This document shows positions 61,113-64,000 of a DNA stretch of 64,000 nt, piece after piece. The DNA lies in assembly GCA_965214775.1 (NCBI GenBank), contig OZ243974.1, positions 768,001 through 832,000 of the forward strand, written 5' to 3'. Source of the stretch: Nitrosopumilus sp. Lineage in GTDB: Archaea > Thermoproteota > Nitrososphaeria > Nitrososphaerales > Nitrosopumilaceae. How positions within the stretch are numbered: position 1 is the stretch's first letter; every line of letters begins with the position of its first letter. The position numbers and the translations under genes were made by a program. The notes beneath the pieces were generated by a model, which was given only the letters and a program-made list of their open reading frames with translations, was not told the DNA's origin and made no database searches.

Positions 61113-61605
61113 TAGAGATTCTCAATTGCAGCATATAATTGAACAAAATCCGGGAATTCAGTTCCGTGAATTAATGAGATCATCCGGATTGAAAAACGGG
61201 GTTCTGAGCCACTATATTGGAAAATTGGAAAAAAATGGAGTTATCAAAGTCGTTCGCGGGCCCAGACAAGCAAGGTTCTTTCCACCACAAATTACCGATG
61301 AAGAATCAATAGTGATAAAGGCGCTTAGAAAAGATACTCCTCGTGCATTATTACTTGCATTAATTGAAAATGACGGATTAGAGTTCAATCAGCTGGTCAA
61401 AGAGGCAAGGAAATCACCGTCAACAGTTTCACTTTATCTCTCACAAATCGTAGAGGACGAGCTTGTTGAAATCAGAATTGCGGATCTAAAAAAGCGATAT
61501 TATATTAAAGTAAGAGATCTTATCGATAAGTTGATTGAGGACTATAGACCAAGCCTGCTTGAAAGACCGACTTCCGGATTCGAAGACATCGTCAGCTCGC
61601 TTTAA
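61105..61605 (+). CDS. Double winged-helix (ArsR/MarR-like) regulator
   Basis: NPGIQFRELMR..GVLSHYIGKLEKNG and SPSTVSLYLSQI. Confidence 0.85.
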   Translation: MTDRDSQLQHIIEQNPGIQFRELMRSSGLKNGVLSHYIGKLEKNGVIKVVRGPRQARFFPPQITDEESIVIKALRKDTPRALLLALIENDGLEFNQLVKEARKSPSTVSLYLSQIVEDELVEIRIADLKKRYYIKVRDLIDKLIEDYRPSLLERPTSGFEDIVSSL

Positions 61606-62836
61606 CCTGCACAGTCTGCTTCTGGCTGGAATTGTTGCCGTAATCCTCTTTTCGTTTGTGTTGTTATTTCCCACGGCAGCTTTTGCCAAAGTCCTTATTC
61701 CTGCACATGAGTATGTGGGCTATTTTGATTCAAACGGAATCTATACCGTTGTAGGAAATATCAAAAATGAACTTGTGTATGCAGTCCTTCCAACAATTAC
61801 AGTCTCAGTTAGCGATGACGGAAATATCGTTTCAAAAACAATCCGACATGTTCCACTGGCAGCAGGCAGTGAAGTTCCCTTCAAGATGAAATTTTATGAA
61901 GTCAAAAACGGGTTTCCAGGGCTGCTTCCTGCAGAATTTACCTATGAAATAACAACAAAAAATCCTGTTCCAGTAGAGGTCTTGTATGACGACACTTTGA
62001 TCAAACATGATGACGGACATCTGACTGGAAGAATTCAGAATACGGGTGATCAAACAATCTACAATCCAAAAATCTTTGCAGTGATTCACGGATATGAAAG
62101 GGTGCTGGATATTGGCCAAAACGTAGAGCAGATTGATAGGATAGAACCCGGAGAGATTATCGGATTTTCAATGTATCCGGATCCCTCCATTACCGATGAT
62201 GTCTTTTACTATAGCTGCTTTGCACCGGTTGACACTACTGTGGTTCCCGTAACGGCCAAAAAGAATGGCGGTGAGTTTGATTTCAGATACGACTCTGGCG
62301 CATGGTATTATGCAGCAAAGTTTGACGAACCTGGAACAAGCATGACTATGAGGGGATACAACAGTTATCCGTTAGAGACGTATGCAAATTTTGAATTTCC
62401 GCCGATTTCGGGAAATGAAAGGTTTTCAGTAACAATGGATGGCAAGCCCATTGAATTTATTCAGAGCATGGATGAGATGGGATTTTGGCATGTCGCATAT
62501 ACTGTCGAACCAAGATCTCAGGGCGTTGTTGAAATTAGTGGTTTTGAAAAAGGGCTGCCTCCCCAGATGCCGACAGTCCCTGCATGGGTTAAACAAAACG
62601 CTGGTTGGTGGTCAGCCCAGCAGATTACTGACTCGGAATTTCTAGAAGGCGTCGATTTTCTCCTTGAAAAACAAATTCTTTCTGTCCCTCAGAGGGGGGT
62701 TGTAGCCGAGTCTCAATGGACGATTCCGTCCTGGGTAAAAAGTTCGGCCGGTTGGTGGTCTGAAGACAAAATTACCGATAATGAATTTCTAAACATGATT
62801 CAAAATCTAGTAAAGCGGGGCATTCTGACCGTATAA
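61535..62836 (+). CDS. Exported protein with FxLYD-like domains and two PxWVK..AGWW repeats (true start probably later)
   Basis: VVGNIKN and LTGRIQNTG repeats; VPAWVKQNAGWW and IPSWVKSSAGWW. Confidence 0.75.
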   Translation: MRTIDQACLKDRLPDSKTSSARFNLHSLLLAGIVAVILFSFVLLFPTAAFAKVLIPAHEYVGYFDSNGIYTVVGNIKNELVYAVLPTITVSVSDDGNIVSKTIRHVPLAAGSEVPFKMKFYEVKNGFPGLLPAEFTYEITTKNPVPVEVLYDDTLIKHDDGHLTGRIQNTGDQTIYNPKIFAVIHGYERVLDIGQNVEQIDRIEPGEIIGFSMYPDPSITDDVFYYSCFAPVDTTVVPVTAKKNGGEFDFRYDSGAWYYAAKFDEPGTSMTMRGYNSYPLETYANFEFPPISGNERFSVTMDGKPIEFIQSMDEMGFWHVAYTVEPRSQGVVEISGFEKGLPPQMPTVPAWVKQNAGWWSAQQITDSEFLEGVDFLLEKQILSVPQRGVVAESQWTIPSWVKSSAGWWSEDKITDNEFLNMIQNLVKRGILTV

Positions 62837-63206
62837 TTTCCACATATTTTACATATACAGCTGGCATAAACGCAAGACATGTCTCGTTACGTAAAAAGAT
62901 ATGATCGCTTCCCAAACGCAAGAGACTGGAACTTCTAACATTGAAAAAACCCGGCGAGCAAAAGTTATGCCGGCGAGCAAAAGTTCTTGGGCAGCATTTC
63001 ATTGTAAGACGCCCCTACAGACGGTGTCTGGTCCTCGAGAATTCATGGTTGTCAGCATGCCGTATGCTTTGCATGAACTTGCATGTCCTGCCCGAGTCCA
63101 ATCAAAGAGATGGAATCCGTGCGTAATTTTTGGCATCTTCATTGATAGGTGGATTCATACCATGGTTTTTTGAAGAGGTTAAATAACATACAAAGAACAT
63201 TTTTCT

Positions 63207-63827
63207 ATGAAATCCTACGGGCGTATAGATTCTTCATGGGACAAGGCAAAAACCAGGAGTATACTTGAGGATGCTTCGGAGATGGCTAGAGAACACAGCA
63301 TGTCATTTCGCATAGGCGAAGACGCCGATGGAAACGTAGTCATCCTTCCCAATCAAGAGGAAAGTGGCATCCACATATTTGTGTGTGGAATAACAACAAA
63401 AAAGACTGATGGTGACTCTGAAACCAAAGAGGAGTCAGAAAGAGAGTTCTGGGACAATGTAGCATACCATAATTACACAATTGACGAGATGACTCCAAGG
63501 GCGTATGATTGCCTTGTAAATGGAATAGTCAAGTACGGAGGTTTGAGATTTCTTTCAGAAGGACGTTTCCAGCTGCGTAAAGTGTTAGGAGATGCCACAA
63601 AGATGGTAAAAAAACATAACAAGCCTTTCATCATGGGCCTGAGCAAGGAACACGGGATAATGATATCTCCAATGTCTGAAAAATCGAAATTTCTTGCTCC
63701 CTTGTCGTATGTGATCACAAAGTCAGGTTTTTGGAGTGTCTCAGACATGCACTCTGATCAATCAAATCCACCAGAGTCGCTGTATGAGGGTATTGCATAC
63801 GGTAGTTTGTTGCATAACTCCGACTAG
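63207..63827 (+). CDS. Hypothetical protein, C-terminus replaced by IS5 end
   Basis: Stop codon lies inside the IS end that starts at ~63803. Confidence 0.6.
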   Translation: MKSYGRIDSSWDKAKTRSILEDASEMAREHSMSFRIGEDADGNVVILPNQEESGIHIFVCGITTKKTDGDSETKEESEREFWDNVAYHNYTIDEMTPRAYDCLVNGIVKYGGLRFLSEGRFQLRKVLGDATKMVKKHNKPFIMGLSKEHGIMISPMSEKSKFLAPLSYVITKSGFWSVSDMHSDQSNPPESLYEGIAYGSLLHNSD

Positions 63828-64000
63828 AGCCAAGTCAGTCCGCCCGGATCACTACTGGCACCAGGTTCCTACACGGCAGCCACCGCCTCTGCTATCCACT
63901 TGTTGTACAGCCATATCCTCAGCTTTACTTCCTGCACTATATTGGACCACTTGAGGGCCATTACGCATTCGCCGAACATGCGCTTTATGGCCGATATTAC
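63803..64000 (-). mobile_element. IS5-family element right end and transposase 3' end (runs off window)
   Basis: Reverse complement closely matches 23470-23670 (IKRMFGE..VKLRIWLYNKW). Confidence 0.88.

Overview
This is a chromosomal window from an ammonia-oxidising archaeon. The Nitrosopumilaceae-type assignment is inferred from the Amt, the SlaA S-layer protein, the PEFG-CTERM/CFI-box-CTERM surface proteins and the split A-type ATP synthase locus. There are four blocks. (1) 1-18.2 kb is core: pyrH, a solo Cas4-like gene, atpC, amt with a divergent wHTH gene, a rhodanese, atpI/atpEABD/atpK, pyrI/pyrB, a LON-N protein and a CFI-box surface protein. (2) 18.3-44.15 kb is an IS/MITE-saturated island (IS481, ISH3, IS5, ISL2-like, IS630, IS66 and IS110 pieces, at least six MITE families, several nested) surrounding the intact S-layer gene. 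Removing the insertions restores hidden genes: an ABC-ATPase + PD-(D/E)XK pair and a DUF5678 + aspartyl-protease pair. A SAM-lyase-like + acidic-partner pair is also present. (3) 44.2-51.1 kb is a metal-homeostasis locus (DtxR, Lrp, NikR-like, ZnuABC-type transporter) containing a twice-repeated divergent unit: a cysteine-free DUF5679-like mini-protein opposite a leader sharing a 12-nt motif and short Cys/His uORFs. (4) 51.5-62.8 kb is a copper-type surface-protein cluster in which most exported proteins start with His after the signal peptide. I saw no rRNA, tRNA or CRISPR array. All family assignments are by eye from motifs; no database search was run.
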